From positions 189,839 to 253,838 of the forward strand of contig CBDIQC010000002.1 in the NCBI GenBank assembly GCA_965283875.1: a DNA stretch of 64,000 nucleotides, read 5' to 3'. Positions 20,045-29,718 of this stretch are shown here, one piece after another; the stretch's first letter is position 1, and each line of letters begins with the position of its first letter. This DNA is from an uncultured Elusimicrobia bacterium. GTDB lineage: Bacteria; Elusimicrobiota; Elusimicrobia; UBA1565; UBA9628. The position numbers and the translations under genes are program-made. Under the pieces are notes generated by a model. The model made no database searches and was not told where the DNA came from. It saw nothing but the letters and a program-made list of their open reading frames with translations.

Positions 20045-20685
20045 TCGTCAACGCGCTCGGCGTCGTGCTCTCGCGCCGCAACCTGGGCGAATACGACCGC
20101 CTCGCCGTGGTGTTCACCGAGACCTTCGGCAAGCTGCCCGTGCGCTTCGTGGGCGTCAACCGCCCGGCGGGCAAGCTCAAGGCGCTGTCGGAGCCCGGCG
20201 TGTGGGGCGAATACCGCCTGCATATCTCCCCGCGCTCCGAGTTCGCCAAGGCCGTGGGCGGGCGCATCGCCGCGAGTTTCCCGGCCCTGCGCGGCGACTT
20301 CGACCGCACGGTGTCGGCGTTGACCTGCTGCGAGCTGCTCGAGCGGCTCACCGTCGAACACGACCCCAGCCCCGCCAAATACCGGCTGTTGCTCGCGTTT
20401 CTGGCCGCGCTCGAGGAAAGCCCCAGCCCCTGGCTGCCGCTGGCCTTCGGCCTGCGCCTCGTCGAGGCCGCGGGCTTCGGCCTGCGCGAGCGCGCGCCGT
20501 CGTCGTGCGCCTCGTTCTGGTCGCGCCTGCACGAGGTGGAGCCCGCCGCGCTCGCCTTATTGCCCGACGCGCCCGCGGCCCGCGAGGCGGGCCTGCGCCT
20601 CTTGCGCGAACACGTCCAGTCGCAGATCGGCCGCGCGCTGCGCGCCTTCGATTTTCAAGACAGCCTAACGGGAGTCCCCGCATGA
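20041..20685 (+). CDS. recO: DNA repair protein RecO
   Basis: I chose the internal ATG at 20041 of ORF 19942..20685. The product starts [32 protein letters not shown] (OB fold) and its layout is typical of RecO. Confidence 0.8.
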   Translation: MIVNALGVVLSRRNLGEYDRLAVVFTETFGKLPVRFVGVNRPAGKLKALSEPGVWGEYRLHISPRSEFAKAVGGRIAASFPALRGDFDRTVSALTCCELLERLTVEHDPSPAKYRLLLAFLAALEESPSPWLPLAFGLRLVEAAGFGLRERAPSSCASFWSRLHEVEPAALALLPDAPAAREAGLRLLREHVQSQIGRALRAFDFQDSLTGVPA

Positions 20686-21557
20686 GCCAGGCCCTGAGTT
20701 TCCAAGAAATCGTCCTCGAGCTGCAGTCCTTCTGGTCGCGCGAAGGCTGCGCCGTCGTGCACCCCTACGATCTGGAGAAAGGCGCGGGCACCTTCAACCC
20801 CGCCACCTTCTTCGGCGCGTTGACCGCCGCGCCCGCGCGTTACGCCTACATCGAGCCCTCGCGCCGCCCCGCCGACGGCCGCTACGGCGACAACCCCAAC
20901 CGCCTGGGCAAGTATTACCAGTTCCAGGTCATCATGAAGCCGGTGCCCGCGGGCATCACCGACACCTACCAGCGCTCGCTCAAGGCCATCGGGCTCGACC
21001 CCAAGCAGCACGACCTGCGCTGGATCGAGGATGATTGGGAATCGCCGACGCTCGGCGCCTCGGGCGTGGGCTGGGAGGTCTGGCTTGACGGGATGGAGAT
21101 CACGCAGTTCACCTATTTCCAGCAGATGGGGTCCATGCCGCTGTCGCCGGTCTCCGTGGAGCTGACCTACGGCCTGGAGCGCATCGCGATGTACCTCCAG
21201 AAGAAAGACTCGGTTTATGACCTCGACTACGGCGGGGGCCTGACCTACGGCGACATCCACAAGCCGCAGGAGCGCGAGTTCTCCCGCTACAACTTCGAGA
21301 CCGCCGACGTCGCCCTTCTCTCGCGGCACTTCAACGAGTGGGAGGCCGAAGGCGCGCGCCTGTGCGGCCTGGGCGACCCGCTGCCCGCGTACGACTGCGT
21401 GGTGCGCGCCTCGCACCTCTTCAACACGCTCGAGGCCCGCGGCGCCATCTCGGTCACCGAACGCGCGCAGTACATCGGCCGCATCCGCGCCCTGGCCCGC
21501 AAGGTCATGGAGCTCTACATCGAGACGCGCACGCCCAAGGCCCCCGCCCATGTCTAA
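20682..21557 (+). CDS. glyQ: Glycine--tRNA ligase alpha subunit
   Basis: The ATG at 20682 forms an ATGA overlap with the recO stop. The product reads [23 protein letters not shown]...[10 protein letters not shown]...[15 protein letters not shown]. Confidence 0.95.
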   Translation: MSQALSFQEIVLELQSFWSREGCAVVHPYDLEKGAGTFNPATFFGALTAAPARYAYIEPSRRPADGRYGDNPNRLGKYYQFQVIMKPVPAGITDTYQRSLKAIGLDPKQHDLRWIEDDWESPTLGASGVGWEVWLDGMEITQFTYFQQMGSMPLSPVSVELTYGLERIAMYLQKKDSVYDLDYGGGLTYGDIHKPQEREFSRYNFETADVALLSRHFNEWEAEGARLCGLGDPLPAYDCVVRASHLFNTLEARGAISVTERAQYIGRIRALARKVMELYIETRTPKAPAHV

Positions 21558-23616
21558 AAAAGCCGCCGCCAAGCCCGCCAAAAAGGCCGACTTCCTCCTC
21601 GACTTCCTGACGGAGCCTTTCCCCGCGCGGTTCGTCCCCCCCGCGCTCGAGCAACTGCGCTCCTTCTCCGAGACGTGGCTCAAGGCCCGCGTGGGCTACG
21701 ACGCCGTCGCCGTCGCCGGCACGATGCGCCACCTCGTCTTGACGGTCAAAGGGCTCGAGCCCAAGGGCCGCGACGCCTCGGAACGTTTCAAAGGCCCCAA
21801 GGTGGGCGCGCCCGCGCCCGCGCTCGAAGGGTTCGCCCGCAAATACGGCCTGGCCCCCGAGGCGCTCGTCGCCACCGACGGCGTGTATTACGCCGAGGTC
21901 GCCACCAAGGGCCTGCCCGCCCTCGAATTGCTCGCCGTGTTCATCCCCGAGCTGCTCAAGGCCCTCCAGTTCCCCAAAACCATGGTGTGGGAGGAGACGG
22001 GCTTCAAGTTCGGCCGCCCGCTGCGCGCCATCACCGCTTTGCTCGGCGACAAGGTCGTGCCGGTCCAGCTCGCGGGCGTCAAGTCCGGCCGCGCCGCCTA
22101 CGGGCACCCCGTGCTCGCCAAGAAGCCCGTGGTCCTCAAGGACCCGTCGAAACACGCCGCGGCGCTGCGCCAGGGGCTGGTCATCGCCGACCCGGCCGAA
22201 CGCAAAGCCTACCTCTCCAAGGCGCTCGACGCCGCCGTCAAAAAAACCGGCGGCCGCCCCGACCCCGACGAGGAGCTGCTCGACGAGACGAACTTCATGG
22301 TCGAACATCCGGTCCCCGTCCTCGGCACGCTTCGCGACGAACACATGAAGCTGCCCGCCGCGCTGCTCAAGATGGTCATGAAAAAGCAGCTGAAGTTTTT
22401 CCCCGTGGTCGCGCAAAACGGCGCGCTGCTTCCCCACTTCATCGGCGTGCGCGACGGGTTGTCCTCCGGCAACGAGCTGGTGCGCGAAGGCTACCAGCGC
22501 GTGCTCGAGGCGCGTTTCAACGACGCGGCGTTTTTCACCGGCCGCGACACGGCCAGCACGCTCGAGTCCAAGTTCCCGCTCCTGGAACGCGTCACCTTCC
22601 AAAAGGCGTTAGGCTCGATGTCGCAGAAGGCGTTGCGCGTGGAATCGCTCGCGGGCTGGCTCGCCGCGCGCCTGCGCACCACCGCGCCCGTGGAGGAAAG
22701 CGTCGTTTCCGAGGCCGCGCACCTGGCCTACGCGGACCTGGTCACCGACGTCGTTAAAGAGTTCCCCGAGCTCCAGGGCGCCATGGGCGGGGTCTATGCC
22801 CGCCACGACGGCAAAGACGAACGCGTCGCGCTGGCCATCGAGCAGTTCTACTTCCCCGTCGCCGCGAAAACCCCGGTGCCCGTCACCGTCGAGGCGAGCG
22901 TGGTGTCTCTGGCCGGCAAACTCGACAGCCTCGCGGGCTGCTTCGCCGCGGGCCTGATCCCCACGGGCTCGGCCGACCCGTACGCGCTGCGCCGGCAGGC
23001 CTTGGGCGCGATCCGCATCGTGCTGGAAAAGCAGCTCCCCCTCGACTTGGAAGAAGCGTTGGCGCACGCGGTGTCTTTGCAGCCCGTCGCCGTGCCCGAC
23101 GCGGCCAAACTCACCGCCCAGCTCGCCGACTTCCTGTGGGGCCGCGCGGCCGCCATGTTCGAAGAACTCGGCTACGCCGTCGATGAGATCCGGTCCGTGA
23201 AGGCCGGCGCTCTTAAACACCTCCCCGACGCCTTCCGCCGCATGTCGGCCGTCAAACTCGTCCGCCGCGACCCCGCCTTCGAGCCCTTGGCCGCCGCCTT
23301 CAAACGCGCCTCCAACATCCTCAAGCAGAACAAAGCCGGCGAACACGAGACGCCCGAGAAGGCGCTCCTGCGCGACCCCTCCGAGCTGGCCCTCTACGAC
23401 GCGCTGGTGTCGGCCGAAGGCAACGCCAACGACCGCATCGTGCGCGGCGACTTCGAAGGCGGCCTGAAGTCCTTGGTGGGCGTCAAACCCCACCTCGACC
23501 TTTTCTTCGAGAAGGTCCACGTCATGGCCGACGACGAAGCCCTCAAACGCCAGCGCCTGGCCTTGTTGGGCAAGCTCGTCCGCGCCTTCAAACGCGTCCC
23601 GACGCCCTGCCCATGA
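21550..23616 (+). CDS. glyS: Glycine--tRNA ligase beta subunit
   Basis: 688 aa. It overlaps the glyQ stop and has the typical GlyS length and layout. Confidence 0.9.
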   Translation: MSKKAAAKPAKKADFLLDFLTEPFPARFVPPALEQLRSFSETWLKARVGYDAVAVAGTMRHLVLTVKGLEPKGRDASERFKGPKVGAPAPALEGFARKYGLAPEALVATDGVYYAEVATKGLPALELLAVFIPELLKALQFPKTMVWEETGFKFGRPLRAITALLGDKVVPVQLAGVKSGRAAYGHPVLAKKPVVLKDPSKHAAALRQGLVIADPAERKAYLSKALDAAVKKTGGRPDPDEELLDETNFMVEHPVPVLGTLRDEHMKLPAALLKMVMKKQLKFFPVVAQNGALLPHFIGVRDGLSSGNELVREGYQRVLEARFNDAAFFTGRDTASTLESKFPLLERVTFQKALGSMSQKALRVESLAGWLAARLRTTAPVEESVVSEAAHLAYADLVTDVVKEFPELQGAMGGVYARHDGKDERVALAIEQFYFPVAAKTPVPVTVEASVVSLAGKLDSLAGCFAAGLIPTGSADPYALRRQALGAIRIVLEKQLPLDLEEALAHAVSLQPVAVPDAAKLTAQLADFLWGRAAAMFEELGYAVDEIRSVKAGALKHLPDAFRRMSAVKLVRRDPAFEPLAAAFKRASNILKQNKAGEHETPEKALLRDPSELALYDALVSAEGNANDRIVRGDFEGGLKSLVGVKPHLDLFFEKVHVMADDEALKRQRLALLGKLVRAFKRVPTPCP

Positions 23617-23622
23617 TTTGAG

Positions 23623-23651
23623 TTAACGAAAGGGACAGGCACTTTCGTTAA
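23623..23651 (+). terminator. Perfect 10-bp hairpin right after glyS; possible terminator with a weak U tract
   Basis: TTAACGAAAG (23623-23632) pairs with CTTTCGTTAA (23642-23651) around a 9-nt loop. It is followed by TTAA only, so terminator function is uncertain. Confidence 0.4.
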
Positions 23652-23736
23652 TTAACGAGAGGGACAGGTGTCCCGCGCTGTCAGGTGTTGTTAACAACAC
23701 CGGGCTTGTGAATGACGTGGATAACCCGCCGCGCCG

Positions 23737-24222
23737 TTAACCGCGAACCGCCGCTTCGATAGCGGCGACATCGATTTTTCTCATCGTCATCATGGCGGCG
23801 AAAGCCCGCTTGGCGACGGCGCGGTCGGGGCTGGTATAAGCCCGGGTCAACGCGACCGGTGTGATCTGCCAGGAGATGCCCCACTTGTCCTTGCACCAGC
23901 CGCACTCGCTTTCCTGGCCGCCGTTGCCGACGATGGCGTTCCAGTAGCGGTCGGTCTCGGCCTGGTCCTCGGTGGCGACCTGGAAGGAGAACGCCTCGTT
24001 GTGTTTGAACGCGGGCCCGCCGTTGAGCCCCAGGCACGGCACACCCAGCACGGTGAACTCGACGGTCAACACGTCGCCCTGGGTCCCCGACGGGAAGTCG
24101 CCCGGCGCGCGATGAACCGCGCCGACCTTCGAATTCGGGAACGTGGCGGCGTAGAACTTGGCCGCCTGCTCCGCCTCGCGTTCATACCAAAGGCAAATCG
24201 TGTTTTTCGCGATAGGGGTCAT
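23737..24222 (-). CDS. VOC/glyoxalase-superfamily protein (PhnB / 3-demethylubiquinone-9 3-methyltransferase-like fold)
   Basis: 161 aa reading ICLWYEREAEQAAKFYAATFPNS...FTVLGVPCLGLNGGP.FKHNEAFSFQV...YWNAIVGNGGQESECGWCKDKWGISWQI, which is typical of this family. Confidence 0.75.
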   Translation of the reverse strand: MTPIAKNTICLWYEREAEQAAKFYAATFPNSKVGAVHRAPGDFPSGTQGDVLTVEFTVLGVPCLGLNGGPAFKHNEAFSFQVATEDQAETDRYWNAIVGNGGQESECGWCKDKWGISWQITPVALTRAYTSPDRAVAKRAFAAMMTMRKIDVAAIEAAVRG

Positions 24223-24240
24223 GTCGCTTCTCCGTCGTGA

Positions 24241-24666
24241 TTAGCTGGTTTGCTCCACTCCGTCTCGTATCGCGGCGCCGAGCACGCCGGTGTTTATATC
24301 CGCCAGCTTTCTGAGCTTGATGCAATAACCCGTGATGCTGGCCTTGCCCAATTTCTTCCCGTATGTCCGGGCTAAGTGTTTCTTGTCCTCGATGCCGAGG
24401 ATATAGATTGAAATCCCTGTCGTGTTCGCGCTCAAGCCGATCTGGAAGAAGTCTTTCGTGCTTCCGTCGGCGTATTTGATGGTTCTCAGGCCGTATCCGA
24501 CGCTCGGATTGGAAACGACCTTGCCATTTTGGTCTTTGCCATCCAGGAACCACAACGTGCACCTCGGCATTTGCGCCAAGATGAATCGGTGCAGCTCCCG
24601 CATCTCCCCACGTTTTGGTTCGGGCTGCGAGGAGATATAGTCTTGAATCCGTTTACGCGTGTTCAT
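24241..24666 (-). CDS. DUF1801 (YdhG-like) domain protein
   Basis: 141 aa. The layout QPEPKRGEMRELHRFILAQMP...VGYG......FQIGLSANTTGISIYI resembles DUF1801. The gene has lower GC than the flanks. Confidence 0.65.
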   Translation of the reverse strand: MNTRKRIQDYISSQPEPKRGEMRELHRFILAQMPRCTLWFLDGKDQNGKVVSNPSVGYGLRTIKYADGSTKDFFQIGLSANTTGISIYILGIEDKKHLARTYGKKLGKASITGYCIKLRKLADINTGVLGAAIRDGVEQTS

Positions 24667-24696
24667 GTTTATGGTGCTCTGCGCGCTCTAATTGGA

Positions 24697-25425
24697 TCAG
24701 GGATTCTTGCAAGGGACGGGGGCGCTACTCATCGACTTCAAATCCAGTTCCTCGCACGTCTTCTTGAATGAGAGCTCATCGCTTTCCATCCGGCAGTTGT
24801 CTAAAAGTGACTCGATGGTTATTCTCGTTCCAGACGAGTTGCTAATTGCGAAGCCGTGGGACTGGATTGTGCTCTTCCGGACATCCTCGACTTGGCCGCT
24901 TCTCCCATCAAAAAGAACAACGCGGTAGTCGCAGTCCGAGTGCAAATTGCCTGCCACCTTAAAATCATCAGCCCAGGCCACAATATCCATATGCACATAA
25001 GCGGTCGACCAGTGAACTTCGGGATTTAGATTCACTGCGGTCCGAATCGGTGAGGACGGCGCACCCGCCCAGTGTTCTTCGGGTAAGATTACGAAATCCT
25101 CCTTTGGGCTCCAGGTGAGTTGCCCAAAGATGTTAGCCGTTGGGGCGGGCGTTGCTGTTTCGTCTCCCCAGCCATAGACATCAGTGTATGTGGCCTCGGC
25201 CCGTTTCTTTCGAACCCCCCAAAACTTAATCGAATACTGCACATTGTTCACTTCGTCAATATTGGCCATGGGCAATGTGAAAGTTGAATGTGCGAGCACT
25301 TCGACTTTAACCGATATATTCCCCGAAGGAGAACTGCTAGTGCTTCGTGTAACGACGGGTTGCGCCCCGTATAATGGAGAGACGCAAGCTAGCACTAGAC
25401 AATATAGCGCGCTGTTAAACTTCAT
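24697..25425 (-). CDS. Hypothetical secreted protein (orphan, low GC)
   Basis: The signal-peptide-like N-terminus is MKFNSALYCLVLACVSPLYGAQP. I recognise no motif. The start lies 17 nt downstream of the stop of the preceding gene (25442); the alternative start at 25437 would leave a 4-nt gap. Confidence 0.55.
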   Translation of the reverse strand: MKFNSALYCLVLACVSPLYGAQPVVTRSTSSSPSGNISVKVEVLAHSTFTLPMANIDEVNNVQYSIKFWGVRKKRAEATYTDVYGWGDETATPAPTANIFGQLTWSPKEDFVILPEEHWAGAPSSPIRTAVNLNPEVHWSTAYVHMDIVAWADDFKVAGNLHSDCDYRVVLFDGRSGQVEDVRKSTIQSHGFAISNSSGTRITIESLLDNCRMESDELSFKKTCEELDLKSMSSAPVPCKNP

Positions 25426-25441
25426 GCCTCGCTGCATAATG

Positions 25442-26095
25442 TTAGTAGGAAAAGTAGCGTCGCTCGCCGCGTCCTGCCGAATATTTCTTTTGGTAGAACT
25501 TTAGGCGATCTCCCCAGCCTTGGCTAACATCCCAGGCATCGGAGGTGGTTCCCAAAGAATGGCCAGCTTCACTCTTATCCTGAGCCTCGATGTTCTTTAC
25601 GAGCTCCAGCGGAAGTAATGCCCACCTCATTATGGTCGCATGTGAAACTATCCCAAGCGGAGCGGAATTCCCCGTGTGAATGACCCGATCTTCAACGCTA
25701 AATTCCGGCTGCATATGCACAAGCGCATGGCGGCACTCCAGGAGTTGCTCTAGTTCCCTGGAAATCTCGGGGTCAACTGTGTAGGTTGGTACGCGTTTCG
25801 TAGGTATTTTCACCCACTTGTTGAATACCGAACGCCGGTCTAGGCCTTTGATTTCCTCTGGATTGAATGCGAAGGCGAAGTAGAGATTGATGGCCGCTTC
25901 GAGGTAGCTGCTCATCAAAATAATCAGGACGGCTCGCCGTTCGTCGAGCGCATCATGATCGGGCTCGGCGCGCTTTTGAAGAACCGCAAGTTCAGCAAAA
26001 TGAGATAGGTAATCATCCATCTCGCGCTCGATGGCCGAAACGAGGGAGCGGTGAGGTAATGCAACTGACCACCGTCTGTAATCGGGCGGCGGCAT
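25442..26095 (-). CDS. Hypothetical protein with an Rx4H (HEPN-type) motif
   Basis: The ATG at 26095 is preceded by GAGGGG 9 nt upstream; an alternative GTG start lies at 26155. The protein is predicted all-helical, and LLECRHALVHMQPEF fits R-[NH]-x-x-x-H at a helix start. Confidence 0.5.
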   Translation of the reverse strand: MPPPDYRRWSVALPHRSLVSAIEREMDDYLSHFAELAVLQKRAEPDHDALDERRAVLIILMSSYLEAAINLYFAFAFNPEEIKGLDRRSVFNKWVKIPTKRVPTYTVDPEISRELEQLLECRHALVHMQPEFSVEDRVIHTGNSAPLGIVSHATIMRWALLPLELVKNIEAQDKSEAGHSLGTTSDAWDVSQGWGDRLKFYQKKYSAGRGERRYFSY

Positions 26096-26185
26096 TTCAA
26101 TATTCCCCTCTAACGCCTGGGGGAGTGGCGACTCCTCCGCCGCGCCCCCCCACACAAGCGGCCGGCCGTTCTACCCCAAATAAGC

Positions 26186-26902
26186 CTACAGCCCAACTGA
26201 CAATTCCTGAATTCGGGCAGATAGACCATGTTTTAGAAAATGATCTGGCGAGACTCGCTCAAATATCCGAATTGCCGCAATGCCAACTGATGCGATGATC
26301 TTTAAACTAACCTCCAGCACTGGGCCATCGGTGTGTAAAGACTTAATCCTGTACACAACCTCATCGCCGTCCTCGAAGGTTTCCAGATTGGCGGTTACAG
26401 ATCGCTCGTTTGCATGCGCGCCCATATCAATCGTCGATTGATAAAGCAGGTCAGTTGCCTGTGCAAGATTCGCATCAACAGCTTCGAGACACTTTAAAAG
26501 GCGCCCGTAGCCGAATTCCTGCCTACACTTCTTAAGCTCATTGGGCCCGTTATGCCGGGCAAACCATACCGCGGACAGTTTTGGGTTGGCTGCGAGATGG
26601 TGGCAAGTCAATGCACTTTCGAGACAAGACCGGGATAGTGGGTAAGTATCTGTGCATTGGGCTGCAAATCCCAGACGACAAGCTGCTTGGTATGCATGGT
26701 GAGAGCGGGACTTCAACAGAGCGAGAATCACTGCCCCCTCATCGGCAGATTTAACTTGAGCATCCTGGAAAACAGCATTAATGCCGATAAGCTTATTTGC
26801 CCACGATTTCTTCTGGACAAAGGTCGCCCGCATGTTCGCGTCGGCCGCATTGAAAAAATCCGTTAGCAGATCCTTTCCCCATCCTGGCGGCTCATGCTTC
26901 AT
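26186..26902 (-). CDS. Hypothetical helical protein (orphan, low GC), first gene of the island operon
   Basis: The ATG at 26902 gives MKHEPPGWGKDLL...; the alternative TTG start is at 26986. Segments such as LALLKSRSHHAYQAACRLG and LSRSCLESALTCHHLAANP suggest a helical bundle. I cannot name a family with confidence. Confidence 0.5.
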   Translation of the reverse strand: MKHEPPGWGKDLLTDFFNAADANMRATFVQKKSWANKLIGINAVFQDAQVKSADEGAVILALLKSRSHHAYQAACRLGFAAQCTDTYPLSRSCLESALTCHHLAANPKLSAVWFARHNGPNELKKCRQEFGYGRLLKCLEAVDANLAQATDLLYQSTIDMGAHANERSVTANLETFEDGDEVVYRIKSLHTDGPVLEVSLKIIASVGIAAIRIFERVSPDHFLKHGLSARIQELSVGL

Positions 26903-26993
26903 ATATGCCCTTGGTGGCCCTAACGCCGAGGGTGTGCGGCGGCGGCTATTGAGATTTCCCTGGGAGCCGCCGTCCGCACTACCCAATAGTTAG

Positions 26994-27143
26994 ATGGCGG
27001 AGGCAGGTGCCCTCGATCCGTTTTGCCGTTCATGCCGTTCCCGTTGTCGTTTCCCGTGCTGCCGTGTTGTGCCCGCGAATGTCCGTATTGCCGTTACACT
27101 CTTGGTCCTTCAAGTCTGCGCCTTGGCCGCTTTCGCCATCTAA
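26994..27143 (+). CDS. Speculative 49-aa Cys/Arg-rich peptide with a C-terminal TM helix
   Basis: My own translation gives MAEAGALDPFCRSCRSRCRFPCCRVVPANVRIAVTLLVLQVCALAAFAI*. The start and stop codons lie inside a 12-bp inverted repeat. I found no convincing promoter or RBS, and the Cys-Arg repeats may simply be the translation of a CCGTT repeat. Confidence 0.2.
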   Translation: MAEAGALDPFCRSCRSRCRFPCCRVVPANVRIAVTLLVLQVCALAAFAI

Positions 27144-27270
27144 CTTGTAATTAGGCCGGGCGGTATAATCCGGCGTTAATTTGGGGTGTGATAGCGGAGT
27201 ATAGTGGGAAAATAAAGACTATTCCATGGGGGCGGGCCAAATATTGGCGGCGACAAACACTGCGGCTATG

Positions 27271-29718
27271 TCAGCCTAATTCGGCGGGCGGGGCGGCGAG
27301 CCAGGCGGCGGCGCGCAGTTCGGAGCGCAGGCCGCGCGACAAGCGTAGGAGCTCGTCAAACGAAGATGCCCTCTCGCGCACCGCGGGCGGCAAAGACGAC
27401 CAGTCAGCGGCCGCGCCGGAGGCGTCGCCGCGGCGTTCCAGGATGATGCCGCGCAGCGCCCGGCGTAGAAGTTCGGGACGTCGGCCTCGGTCGCGTGATG
27501 CTGGACGGCGCGTTCGGCGGCGGCGAGGGCGGCATCCAGCCGTTCCAGGCGGAGCAGGGTCTCGGCGCGCCAGAGCAAAGCGTCCCCGCGTTTGGGCGTG
27601 CGGGCCAGCGCGACATCGAGCCGGTCGAGCCCGTCTTCTGGGCGGCCCAATAAGGTCAATGCGGCGCCCTCCCAGACCAAGGCGTCGGACGGCCCGCGCG
27701 CGGTGGAGGCGCGGATAAGGCCGAGAGCTTCTTCGTAGAAGCCCGCCCACAACAGGACCTCCCCCTTCCACGTCAGCATGCCCAGGCGATCGCCTTCGGG
27801 CGTGACCGCTTCGGCGGCGTCGAAGGCGGCGCGCCATTCGGCCTCGGGGCGGCCCAGGCACCAGGCGGCTTCGGCCCCGAAACACAACGCGCGCCAGTTC
27901 GCCGGGTCGGAGGAGGGCGCGGCGAGCTTGAAATCTTCTGCGGCCCCGGCGAAGTCGCCGCGCAGGAAACGAGCGCGGCCGGTTTGATAACGCATCCAGG
28001 CGTAACGCCCCGTCGCGGCGGCCGAGGCCGGGTCGTTGGGGAGCTCGGCTTCTTCGAGGAAGTAGAACTCCCAATAACGGGCCCACGGGCAATCCGGCTT
28101 CTTCTTGCGGTAGGCCGAGAGGTTTTTGAGGACGGCGGCGACGAGCGGGCGGGGCTGGTCCTCGCTGCGGTAGTCGTGGACGAGGGTCAGCCAGGTCAGA
28201 CGGCGCAGGTCTTCGTAGCGGTGGCTTTTTTCGAGCACGGCTTCCCCCGCCTTCACGGCGGCGGGGAAATCGCCGGCGTACAGCCCGGCCATGTAAACGT
28301 CGAGGGAGGAGGATTTCTTCGAATCTTTGAGCGCGCGTTTCAGGCCGGAGAGCGCGGCGGAAGTTTTGCCGGCTTGCGCCAGCGCTTCTGCTAGATGGAG
28401 GGCGGCGGGCAGCCCTTTGACGCGGGCGAATACCTTCGCGGCGGCGGCGGCTTTGCCCGCGCGGCGCAAACGGCGGCCTTCGAGGAGGAGCACGGCGGGG
28501 TCTTGCGGGCGAGAGTCGAGCAAACTCGCGATAAGGGCCGCGGCTTCGCCGGTTTTTTCGGCGCTGAGCAAGGCGTCGGCGCGCGAGAGGCGTTCGGCCG
28601 GGGCGTCGAAACGTTCGCCGACTTTTTCATCGTCGGGCGCCATCGTGCCGAGCCATAACGCGCGTTCGTAGCCGTTGCGACGGATGCCGCCGGAAAGGCG
28701 GAGGATTTCCTCGCACAACGCGGCGGGCGTGGCCGCGACTTTCAGCTTTTTCGCGGCGAAAGCCACGGGCGCCAGCGGCAGGCGGCGGAAGACGGCGGAC
28801 GCCTCGCCGCCGCGTCCCAACGCGTCGAGCGCGAGGACTTTCATCACGCCCAGAAACAACTCGAAGCTCGGGCCGCCGTCGGCGCCGGCGGCTTCGACTT
28901 CCTCGAGCGCGAGCTGCGGGCGCCCCAGCCGCAATTGCGCCTCGGCGCGCCAGACGCGCGCCTCGCTGTCTTTGGGACGGCGTTTGAGGCCCAGCGCGGT
29001 GACCGAGAGCGCTTCTTCGTAACGTTTGTCACCGACGAGCAGCCCCCCCATCCAGCAGAAGGCCTGCTCGGCGCCGAGCGCGCCGGCTTTTTCAAGCGAC
29101 GCCTCGCCTCGGGGCGGCGGCCGGCCCACAGGTCTATTTCCCCGGCCCAGGCCAAGGCGTCTTTTCCCGCCTCGCCCGCGTCTTCGATTCCGCGCGCGGA
29201 GGCGGCGAAGGCGTCCTTTTGCGGCCGAGGCAGAGCAAGGTTTCCGCGAGGAACAGGCGCGAGGGCCAGTCGCCCGGGTCGTAGGCCAGCGCCGCGCGGT
29301 AGTCGCGCTCGGCGTCGCGGAAAAGGCCGAGGATGAGGTGGTCCTTGGCCAGCTCGGCGCGCATCCAGCCCCAGGTTTTCACCGGCGCGGCGCGCAGGCG
29401 TTTCGCGTTGGCCGCCATCTCGGCGCGGCGCGTGGGCCGTTCGCCGTGGTTGATGGACCAGCGGCGGAAAAACGCGGCCCACGGCGAACGCGGCGAGGCG
29501 GCGAGGAAAGCGGACGTCGCGGCGTCGAGCGCGTTCCAGTAATCGGCGGAGAGCGCGTGGTAGTTGAACTGCGTGTCGAAGCGCGGCCAGCGCAGCACGT
29601 TGAGCACGGAGACCGGCGGGGCGCCCGCGGCGAACACGTCGTCGCCCGCGGCGGCGGCGGCGGCGAAGTCGTTGGCGCGGACGGCTTGTTTGTAGAGCTC
29701 GAGCGCGGCGGGCTTCAC
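27271..29718 (-). CDS. Large TPR-repeat protein (~815 aa), with three frame breaks as sequenced (~27460, ~29125, ~29215)
   Basis: ORFs 29134..29718, 27276..29129 and 27271..28092 join into one TPR-like protein. The join sequences are LFLAETLLCLGRK/DAFAASARGIEDAG, ...EIDLWAGR/PPPRGEASLEKAG and ...VPNFYA/RALRGIILERRG. Confidence 0.65.
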
